From contig OZ024741.1 in NCBI GenBank assembly GCA_964016885.1, forward strand, positions 295,430,001-295,494,000: a stretch of 64,000 bases of DNA. Reading direction: 5' to 3'. Under the pieces are notes generated by a model. The model saw nothing but the letters and a program-made list of their open reading frames with translations, was not told where the DNA came from and ran no database searches. The DNA is from Eledone cirrhosa. Its lineage: Eukaryota. The position numbers were made by a program, and so were the translations under genes. Positions 26,161 to 39,228 of the stretch are shown one piece after another; positions within the stretch are counted from its first letter, which is position 1, and each line of letters starts with the position of its first letter.

Positions 26161-26390
26161 TGTGTGTACCTGGTTTAGAATGGGTACACTGTATACCTGT
26201 GTGTATTTAGTTAAGAATAGGTACACTATATCCCTGTATGTATCTGGTTTAGAATGGGTACACTGTAACCCTGTATGTATCTGGTTAAAAATAGGTACAC
26301 TGTAATCCTGCATGTATCTGGTTTAGAATAGGCATGCTCTCTTTGTGTATCTAGATTAGCATGGGTACACTATCTGTGTGTATCTGGTAG
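26161..26390. repeat. About 37-bp minisatellite (about 6 copies)
   Basis: Unit like TGTATGTATCTGGTTTAGAATGGGTACACTGTAACCC; stray units near 28615-28660. Confidence 0.8.
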
Positions 26391-26463
26391 CATTCCTGTG
26401 GCAATTTTCTTTAGACATTTAAAAACATTACACAGGACAAAAAAAGAACATTACAAAAAATCC

Positions 26464-28472
26464 CATCGTCATCATCACCGTTTTACGTCCATTCTTCCAC
26501 GCTAGCATAGGTTAAACTGGTTGTCCTGTTGTGGGCAGTAGCCGGTTGGCTGACCATGTCTTGCTCATACAGGAACTGATTCTGGCTTGATTTCTATAGC
26601 TGGATGCCCTTCCTAACATCAACCTCATTTACAGTGAGTGCTGGGTGCTTTTTTGCCATGGTGCCTACACGTCCACTTTACTGTGTGGGCTAGCTGCTTT
26701 TTTGCCGTGGCACCTCCATGACCCCTTTGCAGTAGGAGGGAGTGGGGGCATATTGTCTATATGCTTCAGCTTCGGCTTGTACCCATGGGGGGGTCGGGTC
26801 TTCTGTATTACTGCGTGATGCCAGAGGTCACGGTCATGTGTCATCGCCTTTGAGAGGTGTAATTGGGTATGGTCGGCTCTTATCACCTCATCCACGGCTT
26901 CCATCGACTTCTAGTGCTCTGCACTTTTTAATGCTGCTGTCATCTTTCATACGCATCACATGTCCCTACCAACACAACCGCCTTTCCTGCACACAGCATT
27001 TGATTCCTCTTATTCTCAGTCTTTCTCTTAATTTGTTTATGCTTGGCTGTTCACGTATATTACTATTACACATCCATCGGAGCATGCAGGCTTCATTTCT
27101 TTCTAATCTACGCAAGTCTTCTATAGACAGCGCCCAGGTCTCACTACCATGTAACATTGCTGTTCATATACTCGCATCATACAGTCTGCCTTTCATTTTG
27201 AGGGAAAAGCCTTTTGCAGCTAGCAGTGGCAGTAGCTCCCTGAACTTCTTCCCTCCCGTTTTTACCCTAGTTATTGTACTTTCTGAACACCCACCTCCGC
27301 TGCTAATTCGGTCACCTAGGTAGCAGAAGCTGTCTACTGTTTCTACAGAGCCCTCCCACAGTTTGGTGGTGCTTGTTTCCGGTGGCTGTTTGCTGCTTGC
27401 TGTCTCAGCGCAGCTGCTACATGTGAAGCCTACATTCTTAGTTAAGCTTCCTGAGATCCCACTATATCTCTTGTGTACCCATTGTTTACATTTGGGGCAG
27501 AGGATGGAGTTCCTACCTACACCTTTCCTACATACTGAGCAAGGCCATTTCCCTGGGGAGATCTGGATTCTGTTTTCTTGTCTACTTATGAGGACGTTAG
27601 TCTTTGTCAGGTTGACTTTGAGACCCTTTCTTTCTAGTCCCTGCTTCCATGTTTGGAATTTCTTCTCTAGTTCTACCATAGATTCAGCTATAAGTGCAAG
27701 GTTATCTGCATACAGGAGTTCCCATGGGCATCCTTTCTTACACTCTTCCATTATTGCCAGTAAAACTATGATGAACAGGTGAAGGCTAATAACAGAGCCC
27801 TGGTGGACACCGACCTGTATGCTAAATTCCTCGCTATACTCATTGCTAATCCTAACTTTGCTGACTACTCCCCTATACATGGCTTGGGCAGCTTTCACAA
27901 GCCATTCATCTACTCCTAGTTTTCTAAGAGCCCACCAGATTACAGCACGGGGAACTCTGTTAAAGGCTTTTTCCAGTTCGACGAATGCCAGGTAGAGCGG
28001 CTTACTTTTAGCTAGGTACTTTTCCTGTAACTGCCTCACAAGGAAGAGGGCATCAGTGGTGCCTTTTCTTGGTACAAACCCAAATTGCATCTCATCTAGT
28101 TTTACCCGGTCCCTAATCAGCTGTGCTATAACTCTTTCTGTTACTTTCATAACCTGGTCCATCAGCTTCATACCTCTATAGTTTCCTCTATCTAGTGCAT
28201 CATCTTGTAGCAGTTGACAATGATGCTGCTGCACGAATCCTTTGGTATGACACCTTCTCGTATTACCTGGTTAACAATACGTGTGGTTATAGTGTGACCT
28301 ACAGACCCAGATTCCTTCAGCATCTCGGCAGCTATGCTTGATGGACCAGTTGCCTTCCCTGTCTTCATATCTTTGATTGCCTTACTTACTACACTGCTGC
28401 TGACTTGTACTGCTGACCCCTCTATAGGGTCTACTTGGGGTAGGGTCTCTTCTTCCCATGCATTCTCCTCAT
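26464..28472 (-). mobile_element. 5'-truncated, decayed RTE LINE
   Basis: ORFs 28192-28476, 27164-28234 and 26966-27157 with RT motifs (YADN variant); same 3' UTR. Confidence 0.93.
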
Positions 28473-28837
28473 ACATTAAAATAAATAGGATGGGTTGGGG
28501 GTCTCAATATTTAAACTAAACGACTAATTCTGGTTTTAAAAAATCAAAACATGGGAAACAACCGAGAAAAATGGCCGATTTTTTAAACTCCCCTATTATT
28601 TTGGACATGAGAGTGGGTACACTACTTGTGTGAATCTAGTTTAGAATAGGTACACCATCTCTGCATAACGTGACTGGAAGAGTTTCCAGCCATCAAACAT
28701 TGCCTTCAAAAGAAGCCTAATAGAAGCCACAAGGCTCTAACAGAGAAAATGGCCTTACAATACTCAAAAAAGGGTTTTGTACGAAAACCAGCAAACTTGG
28801 AACTTTTGAGTAATATTATATTTACTTGTATACGTGA

Positions 28838-29135
28838 AGGTGCATGGCTTAGTGGTTAGAGCATTGGGCTTGCAATCAGGAGGTTGTGAGTTCGATTCTC
28901 AGACCGAGTGATGCGTTGTGTCCTTGAGCAAGACACTTTATTTCACATTGCTTCAGTTTACTCAGATGTAGAAATGAGTTGTGACATCACTGGTGCCAAG
29001 CTGTATCGGCCATTGCCTTTCCCTTGGACATCATCGGTGGCCTGGAGAGGGGAGGCCAGTATGCTGGTCTCCACAAACAACCTTGCCTGGACATGTGCCT
29101 CGGAGGGAAACTTTCTAGGTGCAAATCCTATCGTC
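28838..29135 (+). mobile_element. tRNA-derived SINE with the same head but a different 3' half
   Basis: Head TGGCTTAGTGGTTAGAGC and core CCTTGAGCAAGACACTTTATTTCAC. Tail ACTGGTGCCAAGCTGTAT...GGAAACTTTCTAGGTG is also seen at about 24430-24700. Confidence 0.8.
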
Positions 29136-29268
29136 TTTACCTACCTTATACATGGACAGCTGTAATGTAAGTATCCAGTTTAGAATGTACGGTGAATGTA
29201 CAGCAAATTCTTTTCATTTCAGTTTATCATCTGGCTTAATAGCTTGCAACAATTAAATTTTATATATA

Positions 29269-29611
29269 GGCACATGGCTTAGTGGTTAGAGCATTGGCCT
29301 TGCAATCGAATGGTTGTGAGTTCAATTCTCAGACCAGGTGATGTATTGTTTCCTTGAGCAAGACACTTTATTTCACATTGCTCCAGTTTACTCAGCTGTA
29401 GAAATGAGATGATAGGGACTGGGGTCCCTATCATTCCACTGCAAAGTGGTCGTGGAGGTGCCACGGCAAAAAAGCACCCAGCACTCACTGTAAATGAGGT
29501 TGGTGTTAGGAAGGGCATCCAGCTGTAGAAATCAAGCCAGAATCAGTTCCCATCCCACCCTTGCAAGCAGGGAAAAAGTGGACGTAAAATGAAATGATGA
29601 TGATGATGATG
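29269..29611 (+). mobile_element. tRNA-derived SINE with RTE tail
   Basis: Full copy with A/B boxes and (GAT)n tail. Confidence 0.9.
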
Positions 29612-29941
29612 CATAAAGCTTCAAATTTCTATGGAGAACTTTATGAATTGTTGATGTTGGTAGTTGCAATTGAACGGAAGCAGAACAGATGGACATTCTT
29701 GGTCTATGAGAAAATGACTGATGAATACGTTCAATGTCTTCATTAGATGTTCTTGGCCTTCAACTCCTCGACTTATGCAGCAATGTTCCTGTTTCCATAA
29801 ACTTCTTATGCCCATTGTAAATCGACTGACATGCTGGAGCTTGTTTTAATATTTAGTTGTGTAATTTCTTTATGTTTGAATATCAGATTTTGTTTCGATA
29901 AACCAAGAAACATATTGTGCTTTTTCTTGTGGGGTAGTCAT
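29612..29941 (-). pseudogene. Tc1/mariner transposase N-terminal HTH fragment (DUF4817-like)
   Basis: Minus strand MTTPQEKAQYVSWFIETKSDIQT*RNY...HKKFMETG..RPRTSNEDIERI, with stops and frameshifts. Confidence 0.75.
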
Positions 29942-30225
29942 CTTTTAATTCCTTTCTGGAACAAAAAAAACTAACATTGATAAGAACTTTAATAATAGCC
30001 TGTTAATATGCAAAAAGAATTATTTTGTTAATGCTTTATAAAATTTTTTTATAATTTTTTTACATTGTCTGGAACAAAAGATGACCTTGTTATCTCTACC
30101 ACGTGGTGTTTTATTAGGCTATTTACTTGTAAATAAACCAAATATTAATAATGTCATGATATTATTATAATATTATTATTATTATTATTATTATTATTCA
30201 TTCACCAGTACACTATATATATATA

Positions 30226-30472
30226 TAGGAAAAGAGTCAGAACCCCAACAGCTGAGATCCAGCCGTTTCAACAGCTAGATCCGGATCTATCTGTCGAAAC
30301 GGCCAGAGCTTAGCCGCCGGGGTGCTGACTCTTTTCCTATTATCCACTCTACTCCACTAAGTATTGAGTACTTTGGTGCATTATGGTCTACCTGGTATTT
30401 TACCACACCCTCTTTGTTTTATATGTATATATATATATATATATAAAACAAAGAGGTTGTGGTAAAATACCA
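30226..30472. repeat. Small TA-embedded fold-back element
   Basis: About 115-bp imperfect palindrome TAGGAAAAGAGTCAG...CTGACTCTTTTCCTA, plus a second inverted pair around a TA run. Relative at about 25160-25290. Confidence 0.7.
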
Positions 30473-30946
30473 CATATACATATACACACTTGTGTGTTCT
30501 CTGGGACAGTTGCAGATTCCACTGGCTACATGGAAAGCAGAATATATTGGAGGGCATTCTAAATAAATATGACCTCATGGGGATTCTAGGTAATTTGACT
30601 CCTGGTTATTTCACTCCTGGTATTTTGACTTTCGTAATTTGATCTCCGCTAATTTGACTGCCAGTCAATTTCACTCCTATTAGAAAAAAAAAATAAAACA
30701 TTAAAATTCATTATTTTTATTTATTATTATTATTATTATTATTATGTGGATTGGCAGTATCGGTAGAGGGTCGGACGCCATGCTTTCCAGCATAGTTACG
30801 GCCCTTTACGATCTGAGTTCAAATCCCGCCGAGGTTGACTTTGCCTGTCATCCTTACGGGGTCGATAAAATAAAGTACCAGTAATGCACTGGGTAATTGC
30901 TGGCCTTGTGCCTAAAGTAGAAACAATTATTATTATTATTATTATT

Positions 30947-33094
30947 GTTCTTTGAGTCTCAGTCATTGATGTTATTTAACTGGAAAGTTTGTTGGAATGA
31001 ATATCAAGCCGCTACCTGCAGCCTCAGATATTCAGGACGTATCGGAGGGTTCTTGCTGTTCCCAGCAAGCATGCCTTTTGAAATGTTCCAAAACGCTGGG
31101 CTGGACTAATCTTCTTTAACCATCCTTGGAAACTCTATGACAATCGGGACGACCTTGATTTCATGGCAGTCCCAAATCCTTTTTAACTCCCACTTTAAGT
31201 CCCTGTATCGGTTAATTTTCTCCCTCTCCTTTTCTTGCACTCTCGTGTCAAATGGGCAGGCTACATCTACAAGCAGGCACGATCTTTTTTCCTTTTCCAA
31301 AACCACCAGGTCAGGCCTATTGTGTTCTAATTTCTTGTCCGTCTGTATCCTAAAATCCCATAGCACCTTCACCTGATCGTTTTGTATCACCGACTCTGGC
31401 TTATGCTCATATCACTTCTCAGAATGTGGTAAATTGTTTACTTCGCATAGGTGCCAGTGGATCACCCCGCCTATCACATCATGTCTCCAGCCTTTATAGT
31501 GAGTCTGGGCTAGGCGTTTACACTCGGATACAATGTGAGCCACAGTCTCCTCTCTCTCTCCACAGATGCTACACAGTGAGCTAGCCTCCTCCTTGTCAAT
31601 ATCGTTCTGAGGGCTTGCTCTTGCACAGCCATTAGCATTCCTTCTGTAGCTTTGTTAAGGTCCCCTCTTTTTAACCAGTTCCATGTCTGTGGATCTCTAA
31701 ATTCAGTTTTCTTAAAGAAGGTACTCTGACGGGATTTTTCATGAAGGTTGCTCTTCCTCCTGGTTGTTATTTCCTCCTTGGACATCCCCTGGTCTATTGT
31801 CTTCTCCTTCAGTACAATTTTGAGCATTGCCTCCCTACTGTCAGTCACATATTTGTGTAGGTTGTTTTTCTCCATCTGAACACAGTCCTCTATGCTGATA
31901 AGACCTCTTCCACCTTCAGATCTCTTTAAGTAGAGTCTATCGACATCACTCCTCTTGTGGAACATGTTGTAGATAGTCAATAGCTTCCTAGTCTTCATAT
32001 CCATTTCTTTTTGTTCAGCAACATTTCATTTCAGAATTCCCGCACTGTACCTAATAATAGACACAGCTCGGGAATTCACTGCACTTATGACATTCCTACT
32101 ATTTAGATGTGATTTTAATATGCCTGTTACTCTCCTTATGTACTCAGATCTTATCAATTCCTTCATTTTTTTGTTCTTGATGTCATCTGTCTCCAGAACA
32201 CCTAAATATTTGTATCCCTCTTCAGTGTCAATTTCCTTTATCATCTCACCTGTTGGTACCTGGACTCCGTTGCTTCTGCTCAATTTACCCCTCTTCATCA
32301 CTTGGACTCCACACTTATTTATACCAAATTCCATGCATATATCATTGCTGAAAATACAGACAGTGTCAACAAGTACATCCAACTCCTTATCACTCTTCTC
32401 AAAGAGTTTAAGATCATCCATGAAGAAGAAGTGGTTGATGGTAAGCTCCCCTTTTCCCAACTTGTATCTTGCTCTCACTTTTCGCAATATAACAGTCAGG
32501 GGTATCAGGGCAAGGACAAACAGCAGAGGGGACAAACTATCTCCCTGGAAGATATCTCTCTTGATCTTCACGCCTCCCAAGGATTCTCCACCCAGTGTTA
32601 ACTCTGTTTCCCAGGACTTCATACTTTTGCTCAACAACTGTCTGATGTTATCTGCCACCTTGAAGATCTCTAGGCTTTTGGTTATCCAAGAATGAGGTAC
32701 CATGTCGAATGCCTTTTTGTAATCTATCCATCCCAAGGCAAGACCAGTGTGCTTCCTCTTGCAATTCCTCATTACCATCTTATCAAAACTGGTCTTTTGT
32801 ACCACGGGACTTCTTTCGGCATCCTTTCTGTTCGTCCGGTAACAAGTTGTTTATGTGGAGGTGATGGTAGATTTCCTCAGACACAATGCTTGTTAACAGT
32901 TTCCACATTACGGACAGACATGTGATAGGCCTATAGTTGGTAACATCATTACCCTTGATTCGGTCTTTCATTACCAGAACTGTGGTACCTTTTGTCAACC
33001 ACTCTAGTACTTCACCCGACATCAAGCAGTCATTGAACATGGTTGTCAGTTTCGAGTAGAGGGATGTTATATTTTTAATCCAATACCCTTGCAC
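30947..33094 (-). mobile_element. 5'-truncated, decayed R4/Dong non-LTR element
   Basis: ORF fragments homologous to 51705-55097 (FQGDSLSPLLF, FMDD, PDLVV, DVACP); 3' end joins (TAA)n. Confidence 0.92.
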
Positions 33095-33696
33095 ATATTA
33101 TTTTGCCTTTCATCCTTACGGGGTCGATAAAATAAAGTACCAGTCATACACTGGGATAATTGCTGGTCTTGTGCCAAATGTAGAAACAATTATTATTATT
33201 ATTATTATTATTATTTTATTATTGTTGTTGTTGTTGTTGATGTTGTTGCTAGGGTGGCAGATTGGCAATTTCAGTAGAGGGTCAGGCCCTATACTTTGCA
33301 ACATAGAGTTATGGCCCTTTACACTCTGAGTTCAAATCTCGCCGAGGTTAGCTTTGTCTTTCATCCTTATGGGGTCAATAAAATAAAGCACCAATAATGC
33401 TCTGGGGTCAATTTAATCGACTTTTCCCCTCCCCCCAAATTGCTGGCCTTGTACCTTACGGGGTCGATAAAATAAAGTACCAGTAATACACTGGGATAAT
33501 TGCTGGCCTTGTGCCAAAAGTAGAAACAATTATTATTATTATTGTTGTTGTTGTTGTTGTTGATGATCATTCACAGAGTAATTTAGTTAACTGAAAGTAT
33601 CATTTCAGTCATCCATTCAGGTGTTTTATTTAAAGAGTTTACAGGTTTATCATCCCTGCTTCATTTATTACTTAAAAAGGAAATATACATACACCA

Positions 33697-35060
33697 TGCC
33701 TCATATTTTTAACAATATCCACGGAAGGAAGAGGTGAATGACACGAATTATATATATGAAACACTGAAACAGAATTCCAATGGATCTAAGATTTACTGAA
33801 AATGTGAAATTAAGTTCTGTAAAGCTCGAGTCCACACCATGACACACAATGAAGATTATACCATAATTGAGCACGTTGGTGAAAAATCATCATAGTTTGT
33901 GGGCTTCAAAACCCAAAGTGCGCAAAACTTTAGCGGACCTGAAGGCATCTGCCTCCCAGGAATCTTCTCATTCATTAATTGCAACTGCTTGTGAAAAGCT
34001 TGATGAAAATGAAATGGCTCACATGCCCTCCTCTTCTTGTGTAAGTCGCAATATAAGGAACTGGCTTCAAGCAAACGTAGGTGCCCTGCATCCCTCAGAG
34101 TTGATTTGGTTATGAGATACCCAATGAAATATAAGTTCCTTGATAGTGGCGAATTTTTCTTGCAGTTTGATAGAGGTGAAACTGATGTAGACAGATTACT
34201 TGTGTTTGCAACTGATAAAGGGCTTGATGACTTAGTGAATGTAAAACATTAGGCAGGTGATGGAACTTTTAAGCTCCCCAACTACATTTTATCAGTTGTA
34301 CATGCTTTATATTCAAGTGGATTCATTCAGTGTTTCACGATTGTTTGCATTACTTCCAAATAAGAATCAAGAAACTTAGACTTGCCTTTTTAATAAGGTA
34401 AATGAATTACGTCAAGGACTGAGCCCTGAAAATGTTATGAGGGATTTTGAAAAAGCTCACATTAATAGTATTTTATCTGTGTTTCCTAGTGCTTCCATCT
34501 CATGTTGTCTTTTTCATCTATCTCAAAATGTGTACAGAAAAGTATATGAGTTTGGCTTTAAGGAAAGATACCATCATGATAATGAGTTTAGCATTAAAAT
34601 CAGATGTTTTTCAACACTGGCTTTTCTTCCTCTCGATGATGTGATTGCTGGATTCAAAGAGCTTGTAGATGACAAACTTGTGTCCTACTTTGAATTATCG
34701 TACATAGGATGCTTGCGAGGTAGAGGAATTAGACAACAAAGAAGTTCTCCTTTGTTTCCCATTGATAGTTGGAATGTCTGCTTTAGAACAGAATCAGATA
34801 TGCCTCACACAAATAACCATTGAGAGGGATATCACAACACACTACAAAGTTCGTTAACTTGCACATCTATGGAAATCCGAATCTATGGAAATTAATTACT
34901 ACATTGAAAAGGGAAGAACACTTGGCACAACTGAGAAAGATTGAATTTGATCGAGGTAAGATCTGCGAGACCCCAAAAAATGTATAAAGATATAAACAAA
35001 TGGCTACAGATAATTATTGACCGACATAGTCTTGAAAATAAGATGAATTTTTTATGAGCA
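33697..35060 (+). pseudogene. FLYWCH-MULE transposase pseudogene
   Basis: KIY*KCEIKFCKARVHT, DGTFK, DFEKA..CCLFHLSQ, TNNH*EGYH; multiple stops. Confidence 0.88.
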
Positions 35061-36559
35061 ATATTATTGAAGCTTTTAGTAATATTTTTTCTGTACTTTT
35101 TATTTTATCTTTATTATAATTAAACTTTAATTCATATTTTTTACTCATATGATTGCATTCATGTATTGAATCAATAAAGGAGGTTAACGCGGGTTTTAGT
35201 AATATTTGTTTCCTTTTTCGTATAGTTACTGTATATTTACTTGTTTATATTTCAAATACTGTATTGGTTTTATGTTTTGCCCTAGGCCCAAAGCCCTCCC
35301 CTTTCACCCGTCCCCTCTCTTCTGTGACACCAGAACTCTTGTCATCTCCTCCCCTTCTTGTTCTTTTTCTTCTTTCTTTCTCTCTTTATTCTTTATATTT
35401 CCCTATTCTTTCTTTCCTTTTGTTTCCCTTTTTTTTATTATTGCCATCATTATAGCTGTCATTATTATTATTTTTACTATAAATAATATCATGTTTATAC
35501 ATTTTTTATCATAAATATTGCATTTGATTTTTTTTTTAAAGTTTTATAATAAATTCGTGATAAAAGTTTTATAATAAATTCATCCTAGCTCAAAGCAATA
35601 TAAAAAAATAATAATAATAATGATAATAAAAATGAATTTCAATGTTTTATTTTTTCTAATATCTGGAATGAAATTACCAGGGGTGAAATTGACTGGCAAT
35701 CAAATAACTGAGGGTTCAAATTACCAGAGTCAAAATAGCAGGAGTGAAATTACTGGCTACCCTCACAGGGTAACATGGACTCTGTAAGCCGTAGTGAAGG
35801 CAACACAGCTAGGAGAGTAGTCAGTCACACTGAATAAAATCTAATACAAGGTAAAGATGATTCTTATGTCTAGTCACAAACTCCCTAGTGCAGGTGGCAC
35901 AAATAACGCACCCAGTCCACATAAAGTGGTTGGTGATAGAAAGAACATCCAGCCAGGAAACACTGCCAAAAACCATGACCAGTATAACATATAATATTTG
36001 AATGGAAACAAATAGATTTATGCTGTATCCAAAACAGTGATTGATAGCTTTTGTTACCTAGGTGATCTAATTAGCAGTGGAGGACATTGCTCTAAGATCA
36101 TGATAGCTCTAAGGGTAGGATGGAAAACGTTTAGGGAGCTATTACTTCTATCGATAACTAAATGAAAGGTCAGCTATATGATATGCAAGATGCAATGTTG
36201 CATGGTGGTGAGGCATGGGCAGTGAATGCAGAAGATTAGTGAAGGCTGGAGAGAAATGAAGTAGCAGGATTCAATGGCTGTGCAATATTAATATGCATAA
36301 ATGACAAAGTATGAATGAGCCAAGAGAAAAACTGGGTATAAGAGGAATCAGAGAAACATAGAGAGAGAGAGAAAGGATGTGAAATAGAGATATAGACTGG
36401 TACTTTTTTATCAACCTTAAATAGATGAAAGTTAAAGTTGATCTCAGGGAGATTTGAACACAGAGAGCAAAGAGTCAGAACAAATACTGCAAAGCATTCT
36501 ATCCAACATTTTAATAACACTGCCAATTTGCCACCTATTCATTATATTATTGATATTAT

Positions 36560-38339
36560 TACAAGTGTAATGGTGATGCACTAGATAGAGGAAGCTATAG
36601 ATGTATAAAGCTGATGGACCAGGTCATGAAAGTAACGGAAAGAATTATAGCACAGCTGATTGGGGACCGGGTAAAACTAGATGAGATGCAATTTGGGTTT
36701 GTGCCAGGAAAAGGCACCACTGATGCCCTCTTCCTTGTGTGGCAGTTACAGGAAAAGTACCTAGTGAAAAGTAAGCCGCTCTACCTGGCATTCATCGATC
36801 TGGAAAAAGACTTCGACAGAGTTCCCCGTGCTATAATCTGGTGGGCTCTTAGAAAACTAGGAGTAGATGAATGGCTTGTGAAAGCTGTACAAGCCATGTA
36901 TAGGGGAGCAGTCAGCAAAGTTAGGATTAGCAATGACTATAGTGAGGAATTTAGCATACAGGTCGGTGTCCACCAGGGCTCTGTTATTAGCCCTATTCTG
37001 TTCCTCATAGTTGTGCAGGCAATAACGGAAGAGTTTAAGACCGGATGTCCATGGGAACTCCTGTATGCAGATGACCTTGCACTTATAGCTGAATCTGGTA
37101 GAACTAGAGAAGAAATTCCCAACATGGAAGCAGGGACTAGAAAGAAAGGGTCTCAAAGTCAACCTGACAAAGACTAACGTCCTCATAAGTAGACAAGAAA
37201 ACAGAATCCAGATCTCCCCAGGGAAATAGCCTTGCTCAGTATGTAAGAAAGGTGTAGGTAGGAACTCCATGCTCTGCCTCAAATGCAAACAATGGGTACA
37301 CAAGAGATGTAGTGGGATCTCAGGAAGCTTAACTAAGAATGTAGGCTTCACATGTAGCAGCTGCGCTGGGACAGCAAGCAGCAAACGGGCCACAGGAAAC
37401 AAGCACCACCAAACTGTAGAAGAGCTCTGTAGAAACAGTAGATAGCTTCTGCTACCTAGGTGACCGAATTAGCAGCGGAGGTGGGTGTTCGGAAAGTACA
37501 ATAACTAGGGTAAGAACAGGATGGAAGAAGTTCAACAAGCTACTGCCACTGCTAGCTGCAAAAGCCTTTTCCCTCAAAATGAAAGGCAGACTGCATGATC
37601 CAAGTATATGAACAGCAATGTTACATGGTAGTGAGACCTGGGCGCTGTCTATAGAAGACTTGCGTAGATTAGAAAGAAACGAAGCCTGCATGCTCCGATG
37701 GATATGTAATAGTAATATACGCGAACAGCAAAGCATAAACAAATTAAAAGAAAGACTGAGCATAAGAGGAATCAAATGATGTGTGCAGGAGAGGCGGTTG
37801 CGTTGGTATGGACATGTGATGCATATGAAGGATAACAGCTGCATAAAAAGGTGCAGAGTACTAAAAATCGATGGAAGCCATAGAGTGGGGAGACCCAAGA
37901 AGACCTGGGATGAGGTGATAAGAGCCGACCTTACCCAATAGCACCTCTCAAAGGCGATGACGCACGACTGTGACTTCTGGCATCACACAGTAATACAGAA
38001 GACCCAACTTCTCATGGGTACAAGCCGAAGCTGAAGCATATAGACAATATGCCCCCACTCACTCCCACTGCAAAGTAGTCGTGGAGGTGCCACGGCAAAA
38101 AAGCACCCAGCCCACACTGTAAAGTGGACGTGTAGGCGCCACAAAAAAGCACCCAGCACTCACTGTAAATGAGGTTGGTGTTAGGAAGGGCATCCAGCTG
38201 TAGAAATCAAGCCAGAATCAGTTCCCGTATGAGCAAGACAAGGTCAACCGACCGGATACTGCCCACAACAGGACAACCAGTCTAACCCATGCTAGCATGG
38301 AAGAACGGACGTAAAACGGTGATGATGATGATGATGATG
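36560..38339 (+). mobile_element. 5'-truncated, decayed RTE LINE
   Basis: ORF 36614-37177 RT motifs, then frameshift; full 3' UTR and (GAT)n. Confidence 0.93.
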
Positions 38340-39133
38340 TGATGGCTTAAGGGCGGTGGATTGGCAGTATCGGTAGACTGTCAAATAACGTTTTTCGGAA
38401 TAGAGTTATGGCCCTTTACGTTCTGAGTTCAAATCCTGCTGAGGCTAACTTTGCCTTTCATCCTTATGGGGGTCAATAAAATAAAGTACCAGTAATGCAC
38501 TGGGTAATTGCTGGCCTTGTGCCAAACAACTATATTATTGACTATATAATAATTTTGCCCTGTTGGACTCTATTTAAATGTTTATTTTATTTTATTTTTG
38601 ATTTTGATTTTTACATTCATTTATCTCTGTATATCTTGTTTTTTGATTCTCCACTATAAGAAGTACTAGATACTTCCCTTAGTCTGTCATGGCTTACTAG
38701 CTCTATACAGACGTTTAAATTGATTAAATGAATAAATAAATAAATAATCTGGACATTGAATTATTTGTTATGAAATCACTGGTTTTTCCCCCTCAACACT
38801 ATATTATTTCGAAGGCCTAGCTGCAGGCTACCATGAAAGAAGAAACACCAACCATGTATAACGAACCAGTTAGTAAGTACCACAGCCAATGACTGTTATA
38901 ATGTTGCTGTTGGGGTTAGTTGAAACATGATAAATTATGGATGGATAATGAATGTTTGCAGAGTAATATCAATTACTTCATGGTCGATTATCACAAGTAT
39001 GGGAATTAAAAACAGAAATCATAATAATTAGTGGAACAACTGTGGAAACTAATGACTTTAAATGAGGGTTGGTGGTGATCAAAAGATTGAATATGTTACA
39101 TATATAAATACATAAATACATATATATATATAT

Positions 39134-39225
<92 letters not shown>

Positions 39226-39228
<3 letters not shown>

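Larger units (their letters stand above)
30580..35761 (+). mobile_element. Mutator-like (MULE) DNA transposon with long subrepeated TIRs and nested insertions
   Basis: About 30580-30720 and 35620-35761 are inverted repeats built of GTAATTTCACTCCTG-like units; internal transposase remnant. Confidence 0.85.

Noticed and set aside
29269-29335. tRNA gene
   Set aside because: A/B boxes are present but the anticodon and acceptor stems do not pair; it continues into SINE body and tail.
30573-35770. MULE TSD CCTCATGGGG / CCTCACAGGG
   Set aside because: Mismatched and overlapping the uncertain TIR boundaries; cannot be called.
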